From Selaginella moellendorffii (taxonomy: Eukaryota; Plantae; Lycopodiophyta): DNA of 64,000 bases. The notes under the pieces are model-generated. The model searched no databases. It was not told the origin of the DNA and saw only the letters and a list, made by a program, of their open reading frames with translations. The stretch spans positions 124,001 through 188,000 of the forward strand of contig NW_003314334.1 of assembly GCF_000143415.4 (NCBI RefSeq). The letters are read 5' to 3'. Position numbers and translations under genes: made by a program. This document shows, one piece after another, positions 20,928 to 35,339 of the stretch (positions are counted from its first letter, which is position 1; each line of letters starts with the position of its first letter).

Positions 20928-23900
20928 TGACTCTCCCACTTATAGTAATACATATTTTACCTCTCCTTCCCATAGGAAATGCTCTTGTTTCAATAGAAAT
21001 TGACAAACACTACTACAAAAACAAAGATGAGGATGTGGTTGTGGTTGTGAAATTCAATGTTCTACATGTGATGAGGTCTACCATATATATTAGAGTTGTC
21101 AATATTTTCTGAATTGGCACCCTCCATTTTCTAGGTCAAGGTCTTAGCATTAACATCATCATGTTGATGCTATTGTAGTGGAAGGTTTTGACACATAGAT
21201 TTTTTTCAAGAAACAGAGTCATGTGATTAATGGAGAGTCCTTGTGTGAATAAATTAATGACCTAGGAGTACAATTCACTTGGCATCAATTTTTATAACAA
21301 GAGCTCCCCTATTAATATGAGTTTGAGTTTTTCTTTTACTCAGTATATATTATAATTTATAGTTGCATCATGTAGTAGAGTCAGTCTTCATTCTCTATAG
21401 TAATGATGTATACATACACATATCTTTTTATTTTAGATTAAACTTAAAACATTCAGCTTTAATTGTTTTTAAAAAATTATTAATCATAAAAATATCAAGC
21501 ACTCTATCTTGTAGAATTGTGGCAGCCAAGAGGAATTCAATCAAATGAATGTGATGTAATTGCAAGAGAAACTTGTGAAGTGATAAGGTGAAATCTAGGG
21601 AATTCTTGCTAGTTCATTGGTGGTCAAATTCTTATAAGTGAGAATGAAATGTTTAGTTATATGGATCTCTGAAAAGTGATAATGCCACATTAAACTCTCA
21701 AGGGCATTAATGTATAAACTAAACACAGTGGACATCCTTATTTAACACCGATAGTGCATTCAATATATTTAGTCCTTGATAGTCTACAAGAATAATGACA
21801 TATATTTGTTCAATGACAGCTAGTGGTTTGTTAATTTCTTGTAGCCATTGAAATAATTTATCATAGGAAACTGTGTTGACCAAGTTTTGTATAACAAGAC
21901 GATCTTCTATACCATGTTTTTGAATTGTCCATGAAGTTATGAGTTTCATTGCTAGAGCTATCATCTGGCACTCTATTTTTCTAGATGTTATTCTAAAAGG
22001 GAGGGATTCCTTTGATTTCAAAGAGCACTAGCAACTATGCTAAGCTGGTAATTGAACTTATATGAAAAACCTATTGCTGTAGGATAGAATGTGATGGGCA
22101 TAAAGTGCATTAAGAAGTCATTATTTGTTAATGAATACTTGCTTCATTCATCTCCAAGAAGCAATACTTGTCCCATCAAGTACTCTTTATAGTTGCAAAT
22201 CTAAAAGAATGCCCTCTTGTACCAATGAGTCATTCTTCCAATTAATATATAATAGCATCCTTTTAATAACACACTTGTGAGATATGTTTACCCTCTATCA
22301 CAAGTTCACATTAGTAAAAAAGAATACCTTTCCAAGGTAGCTTATCAACTATCAAGATTAATTCCAGCAAGTAAAGCCAAGCTGGAAAACTGTCACCAAG
22401 AAAATTTATTTTTAAATAGGGCTAGCATAACTAAAGTAAGAGAAACTCATATAAAAAGAATATCCTTGATAAAATAAAAGAGATTGTAAGCATTTGAGTT
22501 TTTATTTCTGTTTACCTATCACTCAAGTTAGTGACATGACTTCTTAGATGACCAACATCAGATATTTTCTTGAAAACCCTATCATGCAAATATGTTTTTA
22601 TCCCTTTGGGACTTTCTTGTGGATTTCTCCTAGTTCCAAGGCAAACAGTAGGAAAGTCAAGAATACATTTCAAGAATGAGATAGAAAAGAGAAGTAGAGA
22701 ACACAGGCCAGCCCTAAAAAATCATAATTCAAAATTTAATGATTCAAAAAGTCATAAAGAAAGAATTTTTAGAAAAAAAAACTTTTAAACAATAATAAAA
22801 TATTTTTCATAAGAGCATATAATTATTACTAAAATTTACTAATGATACTTCCAAGTTAATAATTTGAAAAAAATGCTATTCATATTTCTCTCTTTTTCTG
22901 GGTTTATGTTTTATATATGATCTTTTATTAAAATTAATTTATTTTCTTTCATGCAACATTAAAATCATCAATACTTCTATCTATAAATTTATAATTTTAC
23001 TCAGTTTAGTTTATACATGTAATTCATAATCAAAATTTATGAGTTTAAAGCTCATCAGTTTATCTTTTAAATCACTTTCAGTAATTTCTATTTAAAATAA
23101 TAAATAACGTTAATTAGTAATATGCAGAAGATTATAAAATACTGTTTTTTTGTACTTTGAATTTACTCTTGCTCATAATTCATCTAAAATCATAAATATT
23201 TTTAATTTTTTAATTTTATCATTTTAAAAAAGAACACTTTATTTGGGTTTTTTTTAATAAATTAGTATATTAAAAAAGTTTAATGTATATCCCTCCTTTC
23301 TTATAATGCCATAATAATAGTAGTATATTTTCTTATAAATATTTGTAATCTCTTATAAATTTTATCAAACTTATTACTACTAGAAGTTTAATGTTATAAT
23401 TTATAATTTCACGTTACGGTTTAAGCTGATAGCTAATGTTTTATTTTCTTCAAAATCTTCATATAACTGGATAGAAATTCTTATTACTTGATGATTAATT
23501 CTACTCCACTATTTCTACTCTTAATAAAGTAAGTAATGAGTATATTAAAATATGATGATGAAAGAAAAATGCATTCAAACTACAACCTTCTTCTAAAATT
23601 AAAAAATATAAAATCTGTTATGGAGTTTGCTTTCTCATCCTATCCTGTCAAGCATATGTTTCCTCTAGCCTTAAGCCTCTAATTGGAGACGTGATTCTTC
23701 TAGGCCTCACTCCTGCAGATGCTGTTTTTACAGGTAGATATGAGAAGAATTAGACTAAGAGCCTGGGAAAGAAATGTAAGTTTTCTTGAGAAACTATCAA
23801 TGTTTTATTTTGCTTCTTTTTACTGTTAAAAAAAATAATGTTAAAAAAAATGGAACCAAAATCATACATACCAAAACATTGTCCCAGTTCAAATGCCTGG

Positions 23901-24449
23901 TCTAGTTTTAACGCATACTTTACCCTTTGGAGACCTCTCTCTTGCATCTTACCATTCAAATAATCCTGTGCAAAGAGCTACTTAAGAAACATCACAAACA
24001 AAAAACTCAAGAGGGAGCTACTATCCACGTCCACATGAAGAGGTGTGCCTGTGGCCTATATCTGGAAAAGCCCTTGTCATACTCAACCGATTTCCTACAC
24101 ACACAACAAAAATTAGAGCAAAATATCCAAAAATGCAGTGTCTCTACCTCATCTAGACACAAGGATCGAGCAAAATTTACTTGATGCGAAGGTCTCCTCC
24201 CTGCCACTGTGATCATATTCTCTGCATATTGCCACAATTCTCAATCTATTGGCATTCACTCAATGATTGATTCAATTTCTTACCAGATTGGCACTTGAGC
24301 AAGCACCTCCATATCTGCAGTGAGAGGAAGATAAAGCTCGAAGGGCTCCATCAAGCCCTAAGCTTTGAGCTCACATTCAAGTAGAGTGAGAACAACCTTG
24401 TTTATAAATCAACGATTGGTGACTTTCAAATATTGTTCATAAAATCCTT

Positions 24450-24630
24450 AATGTTTTGCCAAGCACTGCGGATGCTCCCACAACAATCACCAGTATGACT
24501 CCAAATCCAGCACTGAGTGCAGCTCCTAGTGCTGCAGCAGTGCCATTCCCAGATTTTCCATGAACAAAACCAATCCTTTGCTGAACTTCTCTTCTCACTT
24601 GCTCTTCCAGCATCACTCTTCAAAGCTCCT
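24450..24630 (-). pseudogene. Fragment resembling the C-terminus of plant class-3 lipase/P-loop proteins (At3g07400-like)
   Basis: EL*RVMLEEQVRREVQQRIG...NGTAAALGAALSAGFGVILVIVVGASAVLGK with an internal stop; similarity recalled from memory. Confidence 0.5.
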
Positions 24631-25959
24631 GAGAGGAAAACACAGCCATGGTAAGTTGAGGTAAACATCACTTAGGGAGAAAAAAAGATTCAATTGTGAA
24701 TTTTTGTTGATCCTTTGAGCCCTCCCAAGATAGAACCTTCTTTCTAAGAGTAAAGTAGCACAATTGTTTAATACTTCTTTCATATTTGTCCCAAGTATTT
24801 GGAAACTTACTAGGAGAAATTGCAAGCTGACGCTGGTCAGTACTCATGGTGAGAGCTAAAATGAAAGGGACTAGTGACCTCCTCTAGGAGGGTGTTAACA
24901 GCTGGTCGAGAGTGATTGGTAGCCTATTGTCGCAGCCTGGGAATCGCATGAGCCAGATTGTGCACAAGAACTACCAAGTCAAGGCTTTTATACAGATCTG
25001 CTCTTGATAACTCATTTGTATGACAAGTCCTGCATGAAACCAATTAGTAAACCAATCAAAGCTAAGAAAGAAACTTTTACCTGCAAATTAATGCCTCCCA
25101 CATCTATGTATCCTACAACACATGAAACACTTTCATGCCATTCCATGTCTGGAAAAAAACCAGCAATATCAATGTTCATACTAACACTACCACCCTGGCC
25201 CATCACCACATAATATAGAGATGCCTTTCCAACACACTTGATTAATAACATAAGTGAATAGAATAAAAAACTACTTGATTTACCTCCGATCCCAGCAATT
25301 GTATCCATCTTAGTTTCATAGACAAATGGCACAAAGCCAGTGCTACATTGTATAGTAATTTGACTTAGACCTTCCACAGGAATATTGATGATCTTCACAA
25401 CCTCACTATCCATATCAACCTCTAATACACCAAGTTTTGTGGAAAGTGGTGCACTAATGCATGTTCTCATTATCTACAATTCCATTTCCTCAACCATGAG
25501 AAATGGACAAATGAGTTTCAATTTTGTGGCATACTTGCATAGAAAACCATTACTTGAGTAGAATGAGCACCAATGTAGCGCATATGGTTTTCACCCTTTA
25601 CCCTATAATGGTTTACCATACAAAGTGAAACTTTAACCCTTAGACATGTAGCTAAGGGCAGCAAAGCAGAACCCTAGTTCAAGGCCTTGGGCCATTGAAC
25701 AAAGAGACGGAGCCAATTCTCTAAGCCCTAAAGTGGAGCAGAAAGGGAGGCTTGACATAAATCTAATGATACCCTTCTCAAATCAATCTTCGAAAAATAT
25801 CAAACACCACAAAGATGATCAAGCAAATCATCAATACAAGGGGTTGGGAACATATTATTCACTATCCTATCATTCAATCCCTTGTAGTTCACACAAAGAT
25901 GTCATATACCATCTTCTTGACCATCACCACTATAAGAAGACTTGCTAATTCGTAACCAC

Positions 25960-26970
25960 CTTTTTTGAAGGTTCCGTGACATATTTCCGAATAAGTTGCC
26001 TGATGGTTTGCCTCCCGAATATGGAATTCAATATGAGATTGACTTGGTTCCTGGAGCTACTCCTTATCAGTGACAACCGACTCGTACTAATCCCGCTAAA
26101 GATAAGGAGATTTATAAGCAACTTGCTAAGTACTCCTTCTGAATGGAATCCACTAGAGCCCCATGCCCACGAACATACTCCAAATTAGACATGATCATAT
26201 TAGAAAGAAATTACATCACGAAAGAACTACCTATCTCATGTGTGCATATCACTAATTCCAAAGTGTTAATCAACAGAGTATCACTATTGTTTGTCCTGAC
26301 AATCTCTTTCACAATGTCATCAACTTCGACACGTAAAACATTATGCTCCCAATTGATCTTTGGCTTCTTGTCATAAAACCATTCCTTCTCAAAATAACAT
26401 CTGTGTGACCAAGATCCATAACCTGGAATGAAGGATGGTTAAAAATCCCCCGAACCATCAAAAGAACACTTAGAGCCCATTCACTATAAACACAAGTGCT
26501 ATGTACCATAACCACCTCATAGATTACTGAACTCTTTTCCACATGCAAACCAAGTTTCTTTACCACTTTGGAGCTCAAAAAGTTGTGTAGCACCTAAATC
26601 AAAAAGAATCCTAACAACACTACCCTAAATGTCCCTTATAGCCTTCACAAGTTGATTGCACATAAAACTATTAAGCTCTATAGAGTTGATACAAACTTGA
26701 GATATATATTCTTGAACTTTTGCCACAGTGTGTGGAAGAGCCACCACAATAAATGCCTAGCCATATCTATAATAGATTTCACCACATTCACCTTAACATT
26801 TTTTGATCCTTTCACAAGAGGACAATCTTTACTATGATGTCTAGCTTTGTGACAATGAAAACAATTGCCCTCTACTTTATCTCTCTCACTAGTCCAAATA
26901 ATTTCTTTTGGCCTCATTGCCATCTCACTCTTCAAGAAATGATAGAATGACGGCCTTTTCTTCCCCAAAT
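25960..26970. mobile_element. Scrambled old Ty3/gypsy remnants
   Basis: Minus strand: CFHCHKARHHSKDCP knuckle and a frameshifted RILFDLG..HNFLSSKVVKKLGL protease. Plus strand (~25970-26065): FRDIFPNKLPDGLPPEYGIQYEIDLVPGA pre-RT segment. Confidence 0.7.
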
Positions 26971-27163
26971 ATGAAGTATTGGCGGGCTAGTCATCATGTT
27001 GACTTTCCCATAAATTATCTTGTTGACCAGAATTGACCAAGTTGACTAACGGTTTAGGCACCCTCGTGAAGAACGCATTGCTCAAGCACTGGTTTCCTGA
27101 TGCTGAAGAGTATGTTGTATCACCAACAGCGGCACTGGACCTTACAAACTGGGCCATGAGCAC

Positions 27164-27560
27164 ATGTCTACTCAAAAAGTTGATCTCTTGGTTGCTTGTT
27201 TTTTGGGGCTCTACTGGATCATAAGTGCTAGAGCACGTAACAACATAATGGACCTTGATTTTGGAAGTGGGCCTGCAAGATTCATGTATCAGCAGCTGCA
27301 AAATTTCATAGGCAACTTATGTGACAAGCTTGGTTTGGGAGGATTTGGGACAGTCTACAATCCAAATGGCACTCTTGTTGCAATCAAGGAGCTGGAAATG
27401 ACCATGCAAGCCGATAAACAATTCCTAGCTGAGGTGAAGACCCTTAACAAGATTCACCACGTCAACCTTGTCTGCTTGCTGAGGTATTGCTGCGAGGACA
27501 ATTGAAAGCTCTTGGTTTATGAGTACATGCCTAATGGTTCATTGGAGAAGCTACCCTTTT
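27164..27560 (+). pseudogene. Receptor-like kinase (S-domain/LRK10-like) fragment
   Basis: PARFMYQQLQNF...KLGLGGFGTVY...VAIKEL...QFLAEVKTLNKIHHVNLV...*KLLVYEYMPNGSLEK; internal stop, deletion and truncation. Confidence 0.8.
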
Positions 27561-27949
27561 TGAATGTGACACTAACCATATCCACCAAGTTGAGAATATT
27601 CCATGGCCTATGGGCTTTAAGGCTGTAACACCTTAAAGGTTGGGAGGTTGGCCTAGGGTTCGCTCTCTTGTTCATTTCATTAGTATTGGAGTAGCACATT
27701 CTTTTGGGGATGGCAAATGAGCAAGATATCAATCCTAAAGAGGAGTATAGCATTAGTGATGATAGCCATGACGATGAGGAAGAGACTTAATGATGTTGTA
27801 ATATGGTAAAAATGCTATATTTTTGAGGTTTTGAATGATACTTTCTGTCAATCTCATTAAGAATTTCTTGCTTTACATGGACCCTCAAGGGTTGAATCAA
27901 TCTCATGTCCATAAGTACTATTGGTACGTTAAACATGCAAAGGATTATA

Positions 27950-28410
27950 GTATTGTGGAATAGAAGTCATCACCGGATGTTTGTGATAGCGAGGATGTTA
28001 ATTCTTGGTTGTAATTATGGGAAAGTTGTTAGTCTCATAATCCTTGTGAGGATAAGGTGAAAATTGATTTTTTTTGTGATAAAGCTTACTAGCCATGTTT
28101 CTTTGTGGTGGAAGAACTATATCAAAACTAATTCGAAGTTAACTTCTTGGAGTGATTTGACAAAGATTTTCCATGCTTCGTTTGTCAAGAAGTTTGAAGA
28201 GGTTGATTTCGTGAACTAGCTACTAGAGATCCGATATAGGACTTTGTCTTTGGATGCGTATATTAGCAAATTCCATGATCTTTGCTTTAGTTTTACGAGC
28301 ATCTAGAATGAGTTGATAAAGATGCAATGTTTTATCAAAGGTTTGAGCTCAATAGATATGCAATAGAAGGTCAAGAATGATTTTTTAGCAATGTTAACTG
28401 ATGCTATAAC
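27950..28410 (+). mobile_element. Degenerate retrotransposon gag
   Basis: WWKNYI...SWSDLTKIFHASFV...CFIKGL-like segments with stops. Confidence 0.5.
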
Positions 28411-30752
28411 TAAGGTTGAAGTGGAAGTTTAACAAGCATAACATGTTTGGAACAAAGGCTCCAGCTTAGAAACTCCAAAGTGGGAGTAGAACTCTGAAAG
28501 AAGTGCTTGAGGGATGAGCATGAAGCAATTGGTGAATGAGTCTCTAAAAAGGGACACAAGAAGGATTAACAATAGCAAATATTGTGACACATGGAAGTGT
28601 CATGAACGAGTCTAAAAAGGAGTCTAAGAAGGAGTCCAAGATGGAGTCCAATATAGATTCAAGATGAAGTCTGAGATGGACCCGAAATGGAGGCCAAGAT
28701 GGAGTCTAAGATGGAGTCCAATATAGACCTGAGATGGACCCGATATGGACCCGAGATGGAGTCCGAGATGGAGTCTAAGATGGAGTCTAAGATGGAGTCT
28801 GATATGGATCCGAGATGGAGTTTGAGATAAACCCAAGATAGAGTCCGAAGTCGAGTCCAATATGTTCCTGAGATGGACTCCGAGGTCGAGGCTGAGAAAG
28901 AGACTGAGAATGAGACCGAGATCAAGACCGAGACTGAGATCGAGACTAAAATCAAAACCGAGTCCAAGTCCGAGTCTGAGTCTGAGTCCGACTAAATTTT
29001 CCATTCTAACTAAGCAACTAAATTTTCCATTCTATTTAGTCACTTAACAACACCTCTAAGCACTTGGAGGAGTCTCATTCACAACCTTCATAAATCCTAT
29101 TCCAGACTTCGGAGCTTTTTAGCCCCGTGAATGGCACTTATGCCATTCAGTCTTTGCACTTGGTCCAAGTGCTCCATGTGTCCAATCCCATGACCAACAC
29201 CCAAATGTACCACTGATATATTAGCACATTATGCTAAGCCATATTCATTCACTCTTGTCACATCAGTAGTCCAAGACCATCTGCATCACAAACCCATCTC
29301 TCAAAGACTGGGGTCATCTGCCCATGAGTGGTCATTCCTTGACCACACTTTAGCACCCTTAGGATACCTAGAAATATGGGGAACACCCTTCTTTAATGTC
29401 TTTTCTTCCATCCCCACTAAGTCCCTCTTCATTCACAGTAATGCTCACCAATACTACCACTGGGTCAAGGCTTAAAGGCTAGACCACTAAGTCCAATTAT
29501 CCTTTGGGACTTCCTCATCATGTGACTATATCTTTGGTCACTACACCAAAAAACTACTCCTCTTCCCTTCCATAGTCTAGAATTTTATGAAGACATTTTG
29601 AAACACCGTGGCCCTACACGAGCTTTGTGAATACTCTCCCCACCTTCCGCTTTTAGGTGCAGTCCGAGTTCAAGTCCAAGTCTGAGTTTGAGTCCAAATC
29701 CGAGGGTGTAAGCCCAAAGCAATTGTCTTCCAAACCCTGGGGGGTTTAATGAGTTCCAAAAGTATAGTAAACGGGGAGAGACATATGTGGAGTCCACACT
29801 TCTGGTCCAGCGAAGAAATCCAGGTATAACTCAAACTAATGGCTACATGGTGACTAGTATAACCACTTGATGGNNNNNNNNNNNNNNNNNNNNNNNNNNN
29901 NNNNNNNNNNNNNNNNNNNNNNNNNNNNNNNNNNNNNNNNNNNNNNNNNNNNNNNNNNNNNNNNNNNNNNNNNGATACATAGTATAGCTCATCAAAACCT
30001 CACTCTAGCTACATGGCTAGGGCACTAAAAGCAAAAAGGTGGGGAGAGTACCCATAAGGCTTGCATAGGGACACGGTGTTTCAAAATGTCATCTTGAAAT
30101 CCTAGACTATGGAAAGGAAGAGGAGTAGTCCTCTGGTGTAATGACTAAGGATACAGTCATATGGTGAGGAAGTCCTAGAGAATAGTGGAACTTAGTGGTT
30201 GGGTCTTTAGGCTTTGACCCAATGGCAGTGTTGGCGAGCATGGCCATGGATGATAAGGGATTTGGTGGGGACAAAAAAAGGGATATTAGGGAAGGGTGTT
30301 CCCTATATCTCTGAGCATCCTAAGGGTGCTAAAGTATGGTCAAGGGCTGACCACTCATAGACGAATAGCCCAATCTTTGAGAGATAGGACTGTGATGTGA
30401 TAGTTTTGGACAACCAATGTGACAAGGGTGAATGAGCATTGCCTTGGCATAATAGACTGAAATGTGGGTGGTATCTTTAGGTGTCGGTCATGAGATCAAA
30501 CACATGGAGCAATTGGACCAAGTGCTAGCATATCCCCAAGTGGGTGGTACCTTTGGGTGTCAATCATGAGATCAAACACATGTGGGTAGTACCTTTGGGT
30601 GTCGGTCATGAGATCAAACACATGGAGCAATTGGACCAAGTGCTAGCATATCCCCAAGAATAAGACTTATAAAGGTTGTGAGTGAGACTCCTTCAATTGG
30701 TCAAAAGTGTGGTTAAATGACTAAAGTAAAAAAGGAAAATTTAGCCATCTAC
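28410..30752 (+). mobile_element. Old LTR-B interrupted by an opposite-orientation LTR-B fragment (~28991-29660); spans N gap 29874-29973
   Basis: U3 repeats at 28600-28990 resume at ~29660 with AAGCCCAAAGC...CCAAAAGTATAGT and end ...GCCATCTACA at 30752. Confidence 0.7.
29874..29973. other. Assembly gap
   Basis: 100 N. Confidence 1.
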
Positions 30753-30889
30753 ACCAAACTCCTAAACATATAACTAAAAAGTGAAGGAACCAAACCACAA
30801 AATAAGCGTTTAACTCAAGCAGCAAAGGAGTAGGAGCATAGAGCAATTTTTGAGCATACATCCCAAGAAGCAAAGGATAGGAGTATAGA

Positions 30890-31155
30890 GTGACATTTGA
30901 ATAGTTTTAGAGTTTCCAACATCCTAATGCCCAGGACTAACACACAAAACAGAGTCAAATAGAGTTTGGTGTTATTTCAGCATACCGATGTGAGGATATA
31001 GGTAATTCACTAGCTAGTATGGTATAAAGCTTGGGCATAGACCCAAACTAGATGTTAAACAAGGACAAACATGCAAACAAGAATTAGACTATACATTAGG
31101 TTGGTTGGCCATGCCTAACCTACCCACTATCCTTATTATACATTTAGAACCCCTT
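30890..31155 (-). mobile_element. Diverged LTR-A-like fragment
   Basis: Aligns by eye to ~8500-8750 (GCTTGGGCATAGACCCAA; CCACTATCCTTATTATACATTTAGAACCCC). Confidence 0.6.
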
Positions 31156-33653
31156 GTAGGGGATGTTTATTTTACTTATGTGTCTCACTCACAAACATGG
31201 AATAAAAGCTCTTTGTAGTATGGAACAAAAGCTCTTTATTATTAGTGTTTATGTGTCATGCATAAATTATTGCCATGAATGTGTCTCTACAACATAAATC
31301 TGTTCAGTTGGGGTAGTCGATATGGTTAGGCTGCACAAAATAGTGTTTTTTTTAATTAATAATTATAAATAGTTGTTTAGAGCATAAAATGTTATACTTT
31401 AATATTACTCATTCTCAAAACCAATTAAAGGGAAATTTTTATGAAAATATATAATAGTGTGTAGCTGTGCATTTAAATTTTAGATACATGCTTTTGAATA
31501 TATAGAATACATTTAACAATAAAATTATAATAATACTAAATATGGTGCATTTTAAATATTTTATATCTCATTTATATATATATTAAGTTCAATCATTTAT
31601 CTATTGAATTTAAGTTGATTTTAATAGTTTATTCTTTAAGAGACAAATATTTTAAGTTAATTAAATACTATATTAATTTTAAATACAAGTTGATAGACAC
31701 TTATTAAAATATGAACACAAAACAGAATTTTAAGTAAACTAAATTTTAATTGTATAATAGATAATCAATATTCCATATTATTAATTATATAATTTATGAT
31801 ACAAAATCACTTTTATTAGTATTTCATTGATTGCTTAGCATTTCATAACACTTGACATGAGTTGAAATTATTGTATGATCATAGTTATTTGTGTAGAATT
31901 TCCTTTTCACAAAGTGACACTGTCATCCAAACAAAAGTATAGGTATAATTTCTGTCATTTATACTTAGGACCTAGTAAATTATAATAAAATAATATTGTA
32001 AAAAGTTTCATAATTATTTTATATAAAAATTAGTCATAAAAAAAATTTAATATAAATTTTAAGAATTTCTTCATTCTGAAATAATGTCTCATGCTTATCC
32101 AAATTTAAGCCAATCTCTAAATAATAAAATACTTATCATATAAATAACAGTACCAATAAGGTTATAATAATTAAGTGAAATTAATATTAGTAAATGTATT
32201 ATGTAAAAAATATATAGAAAATTATAAAATATCTAAAAGTTTATTGCTTTCTATGTTATTGAAAGTTACTATATATAGTGATTAAGTTTAGTGATAATTA
32301 TTTTGGTCCACATATAGATTCAATGCTATTTTATGTCCTTTAAATATTTAAACATATTTAAAATAAAATAACTTGCTCATAAAAATAAATTTAGAATATT
32401 ATTTATTTTCTTTCATTCATAATAGAATCTGGGGACACCTCATCTCAACTCTTTCACAAGTCATCCTAGGCACTAGTGTGAGGCTTTGCTCAAGCTCAAT
32501 ATTCATAAAAATATCAGCTAATGACAGGTCAAGGCAAGGTTTAAGGGTGGTTTTGCATCCATCATTAAAGTAGAATTTTTATATTAGATGATTTTAACCT
32601 AATTTAAATTTAATGCTATACTTTTCATATCAACATTAGTTAATAATACCATTAGTCATTTTTGGTAATAAAAACTTTGGATTATGCTAACCGATTCACA
32701 CTCCCATTAAATTAGCTAATATAGCCATTAAGTTATTGTATCTTTGTTTAGCGTGCATTTCTAGCACTCAGCTACTTTGCATACCTTCTGTTTCATGCTG
32801 GCTCTTCTCATGGCCTCCAACCTCATCTTAGCATTTGCAATCCTTTGTGAACAGGAGCATGGCAGATGTCTAGCTCTCCAGCTTTGCCCTGAACTGGAGC
32901 TTGGGCTTGTTGGATTACTCAAATTCAGTGCAGCAGCTGAAATGCTCATACTAGTTGACATGATCCATGCAGGCTTGCTACACTTCCTCATACTACCACT
33001 GCTTATAGATCTGGTCCTCATTTGCCAGGAGACACTTGGGATGATAGAATGTCAACATTGCAGGGAAATGCCAATCAAGAATAATAAAATATCAATCATG
33101 GAGCAAGATTTTCCTCAAGAACAAACGAAATATCAATTAGGGAGCATGATCTGCCTAGTGAATGAAGAATGCCTAGCAATTGATCTCTTACCTCTTCTCC
33201 ACCATGGTATGCTTGCCAGCATTGTACCTCATTGCTCCTTGGGCATTGCCACTACTCTTAACCACTGCTAGCAACACCATTCACACATGCCCAAATGAAC
33301 CCAAGAAAGCCCTATGGAATATTCTCAAATATTTTAATCTTTACAAGTCATTTAGTTTTGTAAGATACACTAGTGAAAAATACAAAAGAAATGCGTGAAC
33401 AAGTTACCATTAAATTCAACTATTAAATTAGAGTTTGCAAAACCTAATGTAATAGTGTTGTGGTGTGAAGGCATTACCATTAAATTAATTAATTTAATGG
33501 TGGGTGCAAAATTGCTAAGACCATCTTGCTAAGACCCATGTCTCTGTGCATCCTAAGGGTGTTAATTTGTAGTTAAGGGATGACCACTCATGAACGAATA
33601 GCCGAATCCATGGGAGATGGGTCTATGGTATGGGTGGTTTTGAATTACCAAGT

Positions 33654-35339
33654 TGTAAACGACTAAATTTTCCATTCTACTTTAATCACTTAACCACACC
33701 TCCGACCATTTGGAGGAGTCTCACTCACAACCTCCATAGGTCCTATGTTGGACTTAAGGACTTGCTAGCCCCACAGAATGGCATCCATGCCACTCAACCA
33801 TTGCACTTGGTCCAAGTGTTCCACATGTCTGATCCCATGACCGACACCCCAAGGTACCACCGACATATCAGCCCATTATGCTAAGGCTATGCCCATTCAC
33901 CTTGGTCATATCAGTGGCCTGACACCACCTACATTACAGTCCCGTCTCTCAAAGATTGGGTCATCTATCCATGAGTGATCATCCCAGATCCACTCCTTAG
34001 CATCCTTAAGATGCTCACAGACATGGGGAATAGTCTTCCCCAACATCCTTTTTCCGATCTCCACCAAGTCCCTTTCTGCCCATGGCCGTGTTCCCCAACA
34101 CTGCCACTGGATCAAGGCTTATAGGCCTGACCACTAAGTCCCACGGTCCTCTGGGACTTCCTCACCACCCGACTGTATCCTTGGTCACTACTCCAGAGGA
34201 CTACTCCTCTTCCTTTTCACAGTTTAAGCCTTTGGGACAACATTTCGGAACACCATAGCCCTACACGGGCCTCATGGGTACTCTCCCCGCCTTCTGCCTT
34301 TGGGTGCTCTAGCCATGGGCTTAGAGCGAGGTTCCGTTGAGCCATGCTAGGTATCCAAGTAGGTAATGCCACCCACACTTGGACTGGGAGCATCGGCCAA
34401 TCAATCTCCCAGGGGAACTAGAGCTAGCTCTTGAACACTTCACTAAGCTACCCCGCTTGTCAGTCCGTGTTCACTCTAGTCTTGGACTTCCCAATGGGCA
34501 GCTCATCACCCAACACTAGGTACAGCTTTTCTAGGCCAAACTAACCTTTCATGGCCAAACTGGCTCCATTGCAATCCTCCCCCTTACTATACTTTTGGAG
34601 CTCACCAAACCCCCCAAGGTCTGGGAGACGAATGCTTTGGGCTTTCACCTTCTCAGACTCGAACTCGGACTCAGACTCGGACTCGGACTCGGACTCGGTC
34701 TCGGGCTCGGCCTTGGTCTCGGTCTCAGTCTCGGTCTCGGTCTCAGTCTCGGTTTCGGTCCTGGTCTCGGTCTCGGTCCCGGTCCCAGTCTCGGTCTCGA
34801 TCCCGGTCTCGGTCTCGACCTCACCAAACCCCCCAAGGTCTGGGAGACGAATGCTTTGAGCTTTCACCCTCTCAGACTCGAACCTGGACTCAGACTCAAA
34901 CTCAAACTTGGTCTCGGGCTCGGCCTTGGTCTCGGTCTCGGTCTCAATCTCGGTCTCGGTCTTGGTCTCGGTCTCGGTCCCAGTCCCGGTCTCAGTCTCG
35001 ATCCCTGTCTCGGTCTCAACCTCGGACTCCTTCTCGGACTCCATCTCAGTCCATCTTGGACTCCATCTCGGGTCCATCTCGGACTCCATCTCAGGTCCAT
35101 CTCGAACTCTGCCATGTGTCATGTGTTAGTCCTCTTGTGTCCCTTTTCTAGAGACTCACTTATTGCTTGCTTCGTGCTTGTTCCTTGAGCACTTTGTTAG
35201 GAGTTTCACTCCCGCTCTCGACCTTTCAAGTCGGAGCTTTTAGTCCAAACATGTTATGCTCGTTTGGTTTTCGCTTCGGCCACTACCACATGGCACCCTT
35301 CCAGCTCCACTTTGGGGCCTAGGGATTTTGTGTCTCACA
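33654..35339 (-). mobile_element. Full-length solo LTR-B (~1.69 kb) nested in an older opposite-orientation LTR-B (33534-33652 plus 35340-35590)
   Basis: TG...CA ends, imperfect TSD-like flanks CCAAG(T)/CCAAT, host LTR continues across the insertion, internal ~220-bp duplication (34601 and 34820) with hexamer repeats. Confidence 0.75.

Noticed and set aside
21000-23650. Short ORFs in very AT-rich DNA (also 31.2-32.7 kb)
   Set aside because: No motifs, splice structure or repeats that I could support.
34541-35188. ET-, LG-, RP- and SV-repeat ORFs (also near 6606, 13198 and 28624)
   Set aside because: Stop-free hexamer repeats inside LTRs open in several frames at once; no evidence they are genes.
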